Made by a program: the position numbers and the translations under genes
Origin: Candidatus Bathyarchaeota archaeon
Lineage (GTDB): Archaea; Thermoproteota; Bathyarchaeia; Bathyarchaeales; Bathycorpusculaceae
DNA: 64,000 nt
Assembly: GCA_963767735.1 (NCBI GenBank)
Contig: CAVYES010000008.1
Span: 64,001-128,000 of the forward strand
Reading direction: 5' to 3'
Notes under the pieces: generated by a model
Told to the model about the DNA's origin: nothing
Databases searched by the model: none
Seen by the model: only the letters and a program-made list of their open reading frames with translations
Part shown: positions 48,193 to 58,856 of the stretch, in pieces
Layout of the letters: every line of letters begins with the position of its first letter
Numbering within the stretch: the first letter of the stretch is position 1

Positions 48193-50540
48193 TCACTCCT
48201 TCATTTTACGGATCATTCTTGGAAGCAACGTAGGGTCAGGAATTACTGTTTCTTTCCAGTCGTGCGCTTCAAGTATCTTTGTAAATTCGTCTTTAAGGGT
48301 CATTGGAACATCAGCCATTGTTCTCACGAAGAGATGCAGATCCTGCGGCATGCATCCGTAATGGCGTTTGTGTAAGTCGACATAGTGGCTTAGTTTTATG
48401 CTTCGTCCTTTCCAGGTGTCGTTTGGTCTTATGCATAGTTTTGCGATTGAGACCATTGCTTCTTGTGGGGTTTCAACTGTCTGGAACAGGTGCTCGGGTG
48501 CTGGACCAACGTTGACTTTGTCGCCTGTGCGGGCATCGTAAACTTCCCAATTTTCAGGCTTATCTTCTCTGCCAAGTAGCATTCGACGGTATTTTACGCC
48601 GTGTGGACCAACCAACACTGGCACGCCTAAGCGCCAGAATCCCGCTGCGATTGCCGCTGCTTTCTGTGAGTATGCACCCCAGGCTAAGCCGACTGCGCCA
48701 AGACGGTTATAGATGTAATCAGCGATTTCCTCATAGTTGCCTCTTAATGGACGCTTAGCGAAGATGTTTGCAACTTTTATGGCTGCGCCCGCAATGTGGC
48801 TGTTTGCCACGCATGAGCCTACGTTTAGAACTCCTCCAGCTTCGAATCCGCCTGGGAATTCTTCGTAGAGTGTTTTGCCTTCGCTGTTGCGGTAGCTGCC
48901 CGCTGACATGGCTGCGCATCCTGAGACTACAACTATGTATCTTCTGCTGGCGAATTCTCTGCATATATCGTAGACGTCTTTGCCGCCCTTTGGATAGTTA
49001 CTGCAACCCACTACTGCAAGGATGCCGGGGATTTCTCCAAGGACAATGGGGCTACCTACGTTTCGGATTTCAACATCTTGAACTGCGCCTCTTCCGCATC
49101 GGCACAGGTTATTTTCAGCAAGCATGAATTTCTCGCCGGCTTTCACTATCATGCTGTGCACCATTAGTTTCTGCGGGCAAGCTTCTTCACATCTTCCGCA
49201 TCCGACACAGTACTCGTACAAGTCAGTTAGTGGAGCCATGTCGCCTTCTCCGGCTGCTTTTATTGCTTGAGGAAGCTTGAGGTCTTGTGGACAGCTTCTT
49301 CGGCATAAGTTGCATTGTCTGCAGGTCTTAGCGAGTTGTTTGATCTCGTCGAAACTTGGGAGATTCTTCATCTTCTTGCGGATTGGAGCAACTTGCTGTG
49401 CCACTCTGACTGCGACTTCGCCGACCAATTCTGGGTCAAGGATTAAAACGCCGGGGATTTGCCGCTTACAAGGTCAGCAACGATTTCGTCCGCCGGGTCG
49501 TCTGTGCGATTCTTGAAGCCCATGCAATTCTTTTCTGATGCGGCAATGACTGGAGCGTGAACTTTCTGTGCTTCGTCAAAAACGTCTGTACGGACACATT
49601 GCTCGTCGAGAACGACGACATCCGCGAATCCTCCTCTTACGAAACGTAGTTGCCAGCTGATTGGACCGATGATTCTTCCACGGTTATAATATCTGGTTAT
49701 GTCATGTGCTGTGCAGCATAAGCCGACTACTTCGATTTTATCGTCAACTTTGTGGTCTTTTGCATAGTCGATGATTCCGACTGATGGAATTACGTTGTGT
49801 CCAATAGCCATGATGACTGGCTTAGACAAATCCACGCTGCCTATACCTAACGAGACGAGTGGTGCTTCAGGTTCAGCTTTGGGCATACCTAAAGTAGAAA
49901 CTTGAGCAATGTCACCAACTTCCATGCCCACGTGATCAATCATGCCAACGTGGAATGCCTTTGATTCAAAATCAAGATTGTTGCCTTCTTGGCCTGTGTG
50001 GGCTACTGCAAGGCATTGAGTAATTTCTTTTTCAGCGTATTCTAAAACGTCGTCAAGGTCGCCGAGTGTTTCAGGCTTTATTCCTGTGACTAAACGGGTG
50101 ATGGGTGCTTCAACTTTTATGTTTAAGCCGCCGATGTCTAAGGGGAATCTGCGACCGTACTTTTCAATTAGGTGATGGATCATATGGCGTGAGTGAGCGG
50201 TGTGGGTGGCAGATCCGATGCAGCAGGCTAAAAGCACGATACGAGAGGATTGAGCAGCCATGTCTATACCGCAAGCTCCGCGTTTTCCAGCTGTTAAATC
50301 GCATTTTCCAAAAGTGCAAAGACAACAAAGGTCACAATCGGGCATGTAGAAAGGCTTGTACCTGGCGAGAAGCTTCATGTCCCAATCTCGCAGGGTACTC
50401 ATGGAAGGCATTGGGGTTGGACCCATCGGTTCAGTATAGTTATCGTTTATAACCTTGCCAATGGACAATTCAAAATTTTTAATGAGACCGCTATTAGTCT
50501 GCATTTCGTCAATTTTTACATTAACGTTTTTAGTCGTCAA
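48193..50540 (-). pseudogene. cdhA: ACDS alpha subunit (CO dehydrogenase), split by a 1-nt frameshift near 49459 (real lesion or sequencing error)
   Basis: ORFs 49443-50540 (CDLCCLCTFGKC, GHN, CCT, DEQC) and 48193-49428 (two CxxCxxCxxxCP, GCSN, GSCV, SQKA) join as ..SGKIPGVLILDPELVGE.. if one A is added to GGCAAATCCCC. Confidence 0.92.
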
Positions 50541-50677
50541 ATTTGAAACCTCTGTAAAGGTTTAAGTCATATCGAACATTACACAGTTTTAAACCTTTCC
50601 AGATTTCTTTGCAAAAAGATAGGGAGCAGCTACAAAAACGCAAGGTTTCTAAGAAATTGTGTAAAGGTGTCTTGTGG

Positions 50678-51442
50678 CTAAAGGTAGCCTAAGGTTTTCA
50701 GAATATTCTTTACTGAAACATATGCTTTGTTATCAGTTGGCAAGTCAAGCAGCGACTTTCCATCGAGAACATACTCGTCTAATTGTTGGTCTTCAGCGAT
50801 TTTTCCCAGAAATTTAAACTTCAAGTCAGCTTCAGCCTGTTTGCTTAGTTCTGCCGGAAAACGGTATCCGCCAACCAAGTAGAAATTGTCAAATTTAATG
50901 TCGACTTCTTTAGCTATTTTGAATGCGCGTCTCACATGGTCCTGAGACTTTTTGGAGTGGTCAAGTATGTCGAAAATATCGTTGACATTTGAGGTGATTC
51001 GCCTGTTAAGATTTTCAAGTCCTGCTGGAGAGTCAACAAGTATGTACTTGTAGTTTTTAGTTAACGATTCTAAAGCACCTTTTAATGCTGCATTAGGCAT
51101 ACAATAGCAGCCCTCAACCCACTTGGTTCCAACTGCAAGGAAATCAAAATTCTTGCTTTCATACAACCCATTTTCCCAAATCCGGCTCTCAATTCTCTCC
51201 GTCGGGGAAACTCCCACGGTTGTCCCCCCTTGCTCGATGAATGTGCTTACAAGCAGGTCAGCTATGGTTGATTTTCCAGCCTCTTTAAGGTCTATCCCAA
51301 GCATTTCGCCAAGATTCTGGTCTGGGTCAGCATCAACAAGCAACAAAGGGAATTGCCCAGCTTCAATAAAGGACTTAGCCATAAGAGCCGTGAAACTGGA
51401 TTTTCCTGTTCCGCCACGACCGACCGTTACCAGAGTTTTCAT
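50678..51442 (-). CDS. cooC: CooC/AcsF-type nickel-insertion ATPase
   Basis: GRGGTGKS, DADP, GCYC, DSPAGLE. Confidence 0.88.
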   Translation of the reverse strand: MKTLVTVGRGGTGKSSFTALMAKSFIEAGQFPLLLVDADPDQNLGEMLGIDLKEAGKSTIADLLVSTFIEQGGTTVGVSPTERIESRIWENGLYESKNFDFLAVGTKWVEGCYCMPNAALKGALESLTKNYKYILVDSPAGLENLNRRITSNVNDIFDILDHSKKSQDHVRRAFKIAKEVDIKFDNFYLVGGYRFPAELSKQAEADLKFKFLGKIAEDQQLDEYVLDGKSLLDLPTDNKAYVSVKNILKTLGYL

Positions 51443-51460
51443 TTGATAAACCTCAATATA

Positions 51461-52240
51461 TTATGCTTTTTTCTTTAGCAAAAGGTCGCATATATTATCT
51501 ATGGTTTTAACTGCTGGGATTTCCTTGTTTTTAAGCGGCGTTTCACCAAGCATATCGGCTTCAATAATTTTCTGATCAAAGGGCACAAAGGTGAGAAGGG
51601 ACAAGCCGTTCTTTTCTGCAAAACTGCTGATAGCTTCCTTCTGAGCCTCGTTCATAACCCTGTTTCCTACAAGATAGAGCTGCTGCATCCCGGCGGCTTT
51701 AGCCATATCATGTATGTGCTTCGCAATTTCCAAAGATTTCAGATTCGAATCTGCAACAATAAGTAATGCATCAACTTGTCTGGCAGTACCTCTGCCAATA
51801 TGTTCAACGCCAGCCTCCAAATCCAAAACAACCGCCTCGTCACGTTCCACAACCAGGTGCCTAAGTAAAGCGCGTATGACAGCGTTTGGCGCACACATGC
51901 ATCCTGCCCCCATTGATTGCACAGTACCCATAACAATCAAATTTGGGCCAAGCGGAGTGCATACGGAGTAATCGCGAACTACGTCGTCAACGGTGAACTG
52001 CAAGCGGTACACGCCCGAGTAACCCGTGCTTGTTTTAGACTCAACAAGCGCTTTGTTCTCCGAAATAGGAACGATTTTGCGAGTTTCCTCAGTTGATAAG
52101 CCTAAAGTCAAACCGAGATTTGGAGAAGAATCGGCATCAATCGCCATTGTTTTTAAACCGCGTTCAGCAAAACCGCATGCTAAACCGCCAGCTATCAAAG
52201 TTTTGCCCACGCCGCCTTTACCAGAAACAGCAACCTTCAT
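51461..52240 (-). CDS. cooC: CooC-type nickel-insertion ATPase (likely start ATG 52240)
   Basis: GKGGVGKT, DADS, GCMC, DLEAGVEH. Confidence 0.9.
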   Translation of the reverse strand: MKVAVSGKGGVGKTLIAGGLACGFAERGLKTMAIDADSSPNLGLTLGLSTEETRKIVPISENKALVESKTSTGYSGVYRLQFTVDDVVRDYSVCTPLGPNLIVMGTVQSMGAGCMCAPNAVIRALLRHLVVERDEAVVLDLEAGVEHIGRGTARQVDALLIVADSNLKSLEIAKHIHDMAKAAGMQQLYLVGNRVMNEAQKEAISSFAEKNGLSLLTFVPFDQKIIEADMLGETPLKNKEIPAVKTIDNICDLLLKKKA

Positions 52241-52445
52241 AATTCTCACAGTTAACAAGACTCTCGTTTCAACATTAATTTACGTTTCCTTGAGCGCGAA
52301 AGAAAACCCATGACAAAAACAGTTGGTTTCGTTGGCACTGCAGAGCAACGATGAAAAACAGGCTCCGCTTTTAGTGTTTACATACACGCTATCCCTGTCT
52401 CCTACTTTGTTAGCCGCTTTTCCGTATTTTGCACTACGTCATCTT

Positions 52446-53129
52446 TCACAAATTCTCAGACAGTTTTGAGTGTGAACCTTCTTCACCCGCACGATTTCCC
52501 GCGTTGAACTGACCCAAAACCTGTCGGCACCCAGCATTGCTTTCTGTTTTGAGCAACCTACGCAAGTCATCGACAGAATCAATATCCATAGCTACCCTCC
52601 CTGAGTAATAAAGTCTTACGCAGACACCTTTGTCTTGTGCCTCCTTGATGTGCTTTAAGAAGCTTCTCGGTCCAAAAGACGGCCGAATCAGGTTTGGCGG
52701 ACTCTGGAAAAGAGCATTTGTACCATCATCATATGAGGAAGACAACACTACGGTTTGATTTTCGCGATTGCCCAACTTAACCATCCTATCTACGTCCGCC
52801 GAAGACAACAGCGGGATATCAGCGGGCAGTACAAGAACGGCTTCTGCCCCTTGCTGTATGCACCATTCGGTTGCCTTTTCAACCGCGCAATTTAAACCGA
52901 CGATTTTCTGGGCGAGGTAATTGGCGCCGAATTTGCCTGCAATATCATGCACGTCTAAATCGTCACTCACCACAACGGTATCATTAACAATTGATGTCTG
53001 AAGTGCGCTTAAAACGTCTTCTAACATTGCTAAAGTCAGTTGCCCACGCTCCTGCGGACTTAGAACTGGAGAAAGACGCTTCTTTGAGGCGCCCAAGCTT
53101 TTGACAGGTACCACAGCATAAACATACAT
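52446..53129 (-). CDS. cofC: 2-phospho-L-lactate guanylyltransferase
   Basis: VVPVK...KKRLS, AMLEDV, PADIPL, GTNAL, DIDS. Confidence 0.92.
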   Translation of the reverse strand: MYVYAVVPVKSLGASKKRLSPVLSPQERGQLTLAMLEDVLSALQTSIVNDTVVVSDDLDVHDIAGKFGANYLAQKIVGLNCAVEKATEWCIQQGAEAVLVLPADIPLLSSADVDRMVKLGNRENQTVVLSSSYDDGTNALFQSPPNLIRPSFGPRSFLKHIKEAQDKGVCVRLYYSGRVAMDIDSVDDLRRLLKTESNAGCRQVLGQFNAGNRAGEEGSHSKLSENL

Positions 53130-53313
53130 GCCCTAGCCGCCAGAACGCTGTGTCAAATATGGACAACTGCGTTGGTACTTCTGATTGTTCTTTGTTGCCT
53201 AAAAATATTTAGATGAAACAGAAAAGAAACGCAACTTTTTACAACTTAACTAATGCTATGCAAAAGACTTTTTAACCCAAACCCGTTTCCCCTTTAGCCG
53301 AGATGAAATCATC

Positions 53314-54039
53314 ATGAAAATACTAAACGAGTTTGTGCCAACACGCAAATTTCTAAAGCTTGCCGACGAAATTAAGGATCTAGTTGATGGATGGAACGTT
53401 ACTGACAGCGCAGCCGGTTTTCCAGCCCCCAGCGGTGTAGTTGTAAGCTGCATCCTCAAATACAAATACCCTGAAAAATACATCGTGCCAATATTCATCC
53501 TGCACTATAAAGGCCCAGTTGAAGTAGGAGGCTTAGCTTTAGCATCAGACGTCATAGGTCTAGACGGCTTAGCAGTCACCATGGGTGACAAGCCCAAGTA
53601 TGGTGAACCTATAAAAATGCTGCCGTCCTCCGAGGAAGCTCGAGACTTCATACGCAACACAGTAAAAACCAAGAACCTAAAGCTCGGCTGCTTACTAACA
53701 GCAAGACGCTCCGTAGAAGAAACTCTTGCCCGAGTAAGAGAACCATGGGACTTTATTTACTTCATGAGGCTAGAAGACAAATCCTTCCCAATCCTAGAGC
53801 AAGTAGCCGCAGAATGCAAGAAACTAAACAAGCCAATCTACGCATACTTCCTAGTTGGAACAGCCAAAAACGTAGAAACAGTTAAAATGATTGGATGGCC
53901 AACCGCCGCAACCATGGAAACAGTTGAAGAAAAAGCAGCTAAACTCAACGGACTCGTCGACGGCATCATCGCAACATGTGCAGGCGATGCTGAAGGCGAC
54001 AAACTGATGCTGCAGAAACTGCAAAAGTTCAGAAGCTAA
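53314..54039 (+). CDS. Methylenetetrahydrofolate reductase (MetF)-like TIM-barrel protein, short and divergent
   Basis: EFVP, WNVTDS, LAVTMGDKP resemble MTHFR N-terminal motifs. Confidence 0.6.
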   Translation: MKILNEFVPTRKFLKLADEIKDLVDGWNVTDSAAGFPAPSGVVVSCILKYKYPEKYIVPIFILHYKGPVEVGGLALASDVIGLDGLAVTMGDKPKYGEPIKMLPSSEEARDFIRNTVKTKNLKLGCLLTARRSVEETLARVREPWDFIYFMRLEDKSFPILEQVAAECKKLNKPIYAYFLVGTAKNVETVKMIGWPTAATMETVEEKAAKLNGLVDGIIATCAGDAEGDKLMLQKLQKFRS

Positions 54040-54209
54040 AAACATCACACAAAACGAAAGATTTCACCATCTTTCCTAAGGTTTTTTACAAACCTTTTTC
54101 CGTTTTTCTTTTTTGAAACAGTCCATTTTACGTTAAAATTTTACTATCGAGAGATAACTTAATTTTTATCGTTTAATAAGCCATTACCAACACAATAGAG
54201 GTATGTTGC

Positions 54210-54968
54210 GTGAGCACTGTTAAAGTAATAGCTGTCGAGAATCTACCGTTAATAAAAAAAGGAGACAACATCGGGCAGCTTATCGTTGAAGCAGCAAAAA
54301 AACAAAAAACGCCCCTACAACAAAAAGATATAATTGTAGTCACCCACGTTGCCGTTTCTAAGGCTGAAGGAAACGTCATCAACCTTGACGAAATTACTCC
54401 TTCTAAAAAGGCAAAAGAAATAGCGCAACAAACAAACAAAGACCCAGCTCTAGTTGAGGTTATTCTCAGAGAAACCAAAGACATAGTTCGGATTAGTCAA
54501 AACAGCATCATAACGGAGACCAAAAGCGGGGTAATTTGTGCTAATGCTGGAGTGGACAAATCTAATGTTTCAGGCGACAGAAATGTTGTCCCACTGCCAA
54601 AAAACCCCAATGTGTCCGCGCAAAACATAAGACAAGAAATAAAACGGTTAACAGGAGCTGACGTGGCAGTAATCGTTTCTGACACTCATGGGAGACCCTT
54701 GCGCATGGGGGAAATTAATGTGGCAGTTGGCGTGGCAGGAATCAAGCCTATTAGAGACAGACGAGGCGAGAAAGACCTCTTTGGCTATGTTCTTAGAATA
54801 AAACAAACCGCTATCGCCGACGAATTGTCCTCTGCAGCGGAACTTGTGATCGGCCAAGCGAACGAAGGGATACCAGCCGCCATTATTCGAGGGTACAATT
54901 ACCGAACAACTGAGGATGTATCAGCTACTGAACTCACTAGACCCAAAGAAAAAGACCTCTTCAGATGA
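54210..54968 (+). CDS. cofE: Coenzyme F420-0:L-glutamate ligase
   Basis: PLIKKGD, VSKAEG, ANAGVDKSN, SDTHGRPLR, DELSSAA, DLFR. Confidence 0.94.
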   Translation: MSTVKVIAVENLPLIKKGDNIGQLIVEAAKKQKTPLQQKDIIVVTHVAVSKAEGNVINLDEITPSKKAKEIAQQTNKDPALVEVILRETKDIVRISQNSIITETKSGVICANAGVDKSNVSGDRNVVPLPKNPNVSAQNIRQEIKRLTGADVAVIVSDTHGRPLRMGEINVAVGVAGIKPIRDRRGEKDLFGYVLRIKQTAIADELSSAAELVIGQANEGIPAAIIRGYNYRTTEDVSATELTRPKEKDLFR

Positions 54969-55023
54969 GTCATTCAACAAGGTTCAATAACTTAACCTCT
55001 TGTAAAATACGAGATATTATGAG

Positions 55024-55362
55024 TTGAAAAAGATGGATGCTAAAACGCCTCAGGAATTCTTCGAAAAAACGTTGCCGCACAGATTCAAGCCTGAAAAGGC
55101 ATCGGGTGTCGATGTTGTGGCTCAATTAAACTTAACTGGCGCAAATGGAGGCGACTGGGTGGTAACTATAAAAGATCAAAAATTGCAGGTTAGAGAAGGA
55201 AAGACTTCTTCGCCCACGTTGACGTTGAAGATGGCAGATAACGATTTTATGAACGTTGTAAACGACAAATTAAGCACTGAAAAAGCTTTTTTCACGGGCA
55301 AACTGCATTTTGAAGGAAACCTGAGTTTGGCTTTAAAATTAAAGGATGCAGGCTTTCTTTAA
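55024..55362 (+). CDS. SCP2 sterol-binding domain protein
   Basis: GGDW, AFFTGKLHFEGNLSLALKL. Confidence 0.85.
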   Translation: MKKMDAKTPQEFFEKTLPHRFKPEKASGVDVVAQLNLTGANGGDWVVTIKDQKLQVREGKTSSPTLTLKMADNDFMNVVNDKLSTEKAFFTGKLHFEGNLSLALKLKDAGFL

Positions 55363-55364
55363 GA

Positions 55365-55907
55365 TCATGTCAACCCAAGCTTTCTCACAACTGCTAAGGG
55401 CAAGTCGTCTTCACCGATTTTGAACGTGTGTGGCTCTTCAATCTTTACGATGACCCGGAGCTCCTCAGGATCTAATTCCTGGATAAGACTAGTTAATTCT
55501 TTTTTAGCTATCTCAAAGTGGTCCTTGAAGGCAGCTTTGTTACTATATAATACCCCGGCGAAACCGCAGATTTCAGCTTTTTTTAGGAACCATTCAACCT
55601 TTTTGGTGGAAAAATTAATGCCAAATGTTACGGGTCCAGCCCTGCACGTTTCAGGCTTGACGAGGTGTACCGAGCATTTTCCTGTTTCCTTGCTGAAAAA
55701 ACCGCATAAAACAAGTTCGTCAACTGTTGGATAAGAATAGTCTTCTTTAGTGAAGTGTCTTTCAACATTAATCTTCTGCTTTTCGAGGTATTCTTTTATT
55801 ATTTTTTTTCTTTTCTCGCTCAGTGGCGGTTTGGCGTCTTTGCAGCAGATAATTTTGCATTGGCTACAAACATCAAACGAGTAGGTTGCTCCATTGTTGT
55901 CAGTCAT
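55365..55907 (-). CDS. YkgJ-family cysteine-cluster (Zn/Fe-chelating) protein
   Basis: CxxCxxxCC...CGF...CSVH.VKPETCRAGP. Confidence 0.82.
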   Translation of the reverse strand: MTDNNGATYSFDVCSQCKIICCKDAKPPLSEKRKKIIKEYLEKQKINVERHFTKEDYSYPTVDELVLCGFFSKETGKCSVHLVKPETCRAGPVTFGINFSTKKVEWFLKKAEICGFAGVLYSNKAAFKDHFEIAKKELTSLIQELDPEELRVIVKIEEPHTFKIGEDDLPLAVVRKLGLT

Positions 55908-55922
55908 TAAGTGGCACCTTTT

Positions 55923-57092
55923 TTAGAAGTATGGTTGATTATCAGAGAGGCACTTAATAAGCGTTGAATAAACGTTTATGATTGCTTGATGGAAATCGGT
56001 TTTTTCCGCGCGCCTCAAGACCCTGTCCCTTATGAGTTCAGAGAGGCTGCCATTTTCTAGCCGTTTCTTAATAATCCACAGATACCTTTTCTCGTCTTCA
56101 TACGCGTATTCATGAGCCAAATTAAAGTAGCGTTGGCACACTTGCCGCGCTGTTTTACCGTTAGGGTTCGAGACTTGGGCGTTTAACCCTTTCTTGATTA
56201 CTGCGTTGAAGTCTTTGACTAGCAGGTCATGCGGTAAAAGTTCAGCCGGTAAGGTAATTAAGCCTCTGAGAGTTGCACGTATGAAACAGCTCAATGCCAC
56301 ATCGGATTTAATGCATTCCTGCTCATCCATCACGCGGACTTCGAGGGCTGAGCGGTCAAAACGGAAAATTACTCCTCTTGAATTAACCCATTCACGCGAC
56401 AGCAAAGTTTTGCCCGCGCCGGCTTTAGCTAAATCCTCTGAGTACTGACCAATAACACCAAGCTTATACTGGCTAAACGAGTTGACATATTCTGGGATAA
56501 CCTCTCCCGATAGGGAATGGATTTCTCTCTGGTTTATCTTGTAGAAGTGCAGTCGGTTGTCGACATCTGGACCAGCTTTGCCTTCATAGATTGGCGAGGA
56601 AGCAGTAATTGCTGGAAGATAAGCGCACAAGTTAACAAGCAAATTATGCGTTCGCACACCATCAGCTTCTTTTTGATATGGGAGGTTTAAGTGGAAACTT
56701 TGGATATTTAGCCAGCCATGCTGGTTTAAGTTGAAGATTTTGGCGTATTCCCGATAGATTTTTCTGTGAAAGTGAGGCCAGATGGCAGTGTCTTCTAGTT
56801 TAAGTAGAGGATGCATTCCTGTTCCAAGAAGCATCGCGCCTTGCTTGTTCACGATTTGGCTCAGCGTTGAGACCCCGTTTTGCATTGTTTCTTCGAATTG
56901 TAGGGGCGATTTGAAGGGAGAATTTGCTTTTAATTCCATTACGTGAAGCTGCATTTCTTTTCCAAAGGTAAAAGATGGAAGCTCGATGAAGTTGATGATT
57001 TTTCCACAATATGCTTTTATGATTTTGTCGGAGATGGGCAAAACTTTCAGTTCCTGGTTTACGAGCGAAAATTCGTGTTCTGGTCCAAGCAC
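55923..57092 (-). CDS. Glutamate--cysteine ligase family 2 (GCS2) carboxylate-amine ligase
   Basis: GPEHEF, GMHP, SFHLN, ASSP..EG, RFDRSALEVRVMDEQE. Confidence 0.85.
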   Translation of the reverse strand: MLGPEHEFSLVNQELKVLPISDKIIKAYCGKIINFIELPSFTFGKEMQLHVMELKANSPFKSPLQFEETMQNGVSTLSQIVNKQGAMLLGTGMHPLLKLEDTAIWPHFHRKIYREYAKIFNLNQHGWLNIQSFHLNLPYQKEADGVRTHNLLVNLCAYLPAITASSPIYEGKAGPDVDNRLHFYKINQREIHSLSGEVIPEYVNSFSQYKLGVIGQYSEDLAKAGAGKTLLSREWVNSRGVIFRFDRSALEVRVMDEQECIKSDVALSCFIRATLRGLITLPAELLPHDLLVKDFNAVIKKGLNAQVSNPNGKTARQVCQRYFNLAHEYAYEDEKRYLWIIKKRLENGSLSELIRDRVLRRAEKTDFHQAIINVYSTLIKCLSDNQPYF

Positions 57093-57214
57093 TTCAAGCG
57101 GTTTATACGTTGGCTATGCCTCTTTTTGTTTAGCGTTAATTTGGATGCGAATATAATGATAGTTAATCTTAAATATAACTGCACGAATAACGCCTTTTAA
57201 TTACCTGGTGTCTC

Positions 57215-57916
57215 ATGACCGTGTTGGTCGTCTCAAATATCGACCTAACCACTAATTCGCAAGTAATGAAGCCTGCAACGTTTTTAGATTCCACAATCAA
57301 AGAAGCCACACTCAACATCAATAACGAATACCGATACCTCAAAACAGGGTATTATGTTTCTATGCACGCTGAAATTTTAGGCAACCGTGTTATTCCATCA
57401 TGTGAAAACATTATTGACTCAAGCCGAACCCCGATTCTTCTTCTTAGAGCGGCCAAAGCTGGGGTGCCCACCTTACCCTTCCTTGTTACAGATTCGGTTA
57501 AAAAAATAACCAGCGAACTAGGCTTCCCAGTAATCGTTTTTGCCGTCAATCCTTTTATTTACGACGGCTACAAAGTCGCAAACAACAAAAGCGCGCTCTA
57601 CCGCGCCATGAAAAGCTTAGGTATGAACTACAAATTTGCCGTCTGCGCCCAACCCCTCAAAGGCGAACTCTTCGCTGTCAAATCTTTCTTCGGCAAAACA
57701 GTCAACACGGATTTGCGGATGCAGAAAATTGCAGAAAAAGTTTATGAAACCTTCAAAATACCGCTTTGCAAACTACACATACAAAAAACAGTTGACAAAG
57801 CTTATCTTTGTGGATTGCAACCCGTAAATAGAGAGGAGCTTTCCGAACAAGATTTGCAAATAATTTCAAAAGAGGTCTCGCTCATTTCTGAGCAGGGTGA
57901 ACCCTTCGGTGTCTAA
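57215..57916 (+). CDS. RimK-like ATP-grasp N-terminal (RLAN) domain protein
   Basis: YRYLKTGYYVSMHAEILGNRVIPS; overlaps the downstream ATP-grasp gene. Confidence 0.75.
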   Translation: MTVLVVSNIDLTTNSQVMKPATFLDSTIKEATLNINNEYRYLKTGYYVSMHAEILGNRVIPSCENIIDSSRTPILLLRAAKAGVPTLPFLVTDSVKKITSELGFPVIVFAVNPFIYDGYKVANNKSALYRAMKSLGMNYKFAVCAQPLKGELFAVKSFFGKTVNTDLRMQKIAEKVYETFKIPLCKLHIQKTVDKAYLCGLQPVNREELSEQDLQIISKEVSLISEQGEPFGV

Positions 57917-58787
57917 AATCGCCTGCTTTGTTGAGAAATATAATTTTACTGATCCGCGAGAGGAAGGCGCACTTCAAAACTTCAAGTTAGCCGCCGAAAA
58001 ACAAGGGCAAGAATTTCATTTCCTTTTCCGTGAAGACATATCGGACGTCGCAAAATACGACTCTGTTTTCATTAGAGCAACAACCGACCCATTAAACACG
58101 GCGTACGTTGTGTCTAAAACAGCATGGGAACTTGGCTTGAAAGTTATTGATGATCCTGAATCGATAACGATTTGCGGCAACAAAATCCATCAATATGCTT
58201 TGTTTGAGAAATATAATGTTCCATACATACCGACGATATTTCTTAGCAAAGATGAACTGCATCATAAAAAAATCAGCGACATATTCGATGCATTCGGCAA
58301 GCCAGTCGTCATAAAGGCGCCTTACACGAGTTTCTCGCGTTATGTGGAGAAGGCTGCTTGCGAAACAAGCTTCAGAGACGTCGCTAAACGGTTCTTTAAA
58401 AAATCCGACGTTTTAGCAATCCAAAAGTTTACGCCTACATCTTTCGACTGGAGAGTCGGCGTGCTAAACAATGACGTCCTCTACGTGTGTAAGTACATGA
58501 TTCCTAAGGGCAAATGGAAGCATGGCGCCAAACTGCGGGGCAAACCAACCGTGATTTGGGGCAGAACTGTAAGCCTCAAGAAACAAGAAATGCCGGCAAG
58601 GCTAAGGGAAGTAGCTTTGAAGGCGTGCAGTGTGGTTGGTAAAGGGCTCTATGGCGTTGACATCAAAGAGGTTAACGGCGACTATGTTGTGGTGGAAGTT
58701 AACGATAACCCGAGCATCTACGCTGGCTACGAAGACTCAATGGACCACGACATTTACCAGCGAATTATCAGCTACCTATCAGAATAA
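57897..58787 (+). CDS. RimK-family ATP-grasp ligase
   Basis: FIRATT, VIDDPESI..CGNK, PVVIK, FDWRVGVL, GLYGVDIK, EVNDNP. Confidence 0.88.
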   Translation: MNPSVSKIACFVEKYNFTDPREEGALQNFKLAAEKQGQEFHFLFREDISDVAKYDSVFIRATTDPLNTAYVVSKTAWELGLKVIDDPESITICGNKIHQYALFEKYNVPYIPTIFLSKDELHHKKISDIFDAFGKPVVIKAPYTSFSRYVEKAACETSFRDVAKRFFKKSDVLAIQKFTPTSFDWRVGVLNNDVLYVCKYMIPKGKWKHGAKLRGKPTVIWGRTVSLKKQEMPARLREVALKACSVVGKGLYGVDIKEVNGDYVVVEVNDNPSIYAGYEDSMDHDIYQRIISYLSE

Positions 58788-58856
58788 CCTCAACGCCGCT
58801 TTCGACACCTATTTATTATAACACACATTTTATCCAGTGCACAGGAGATTGCCATT

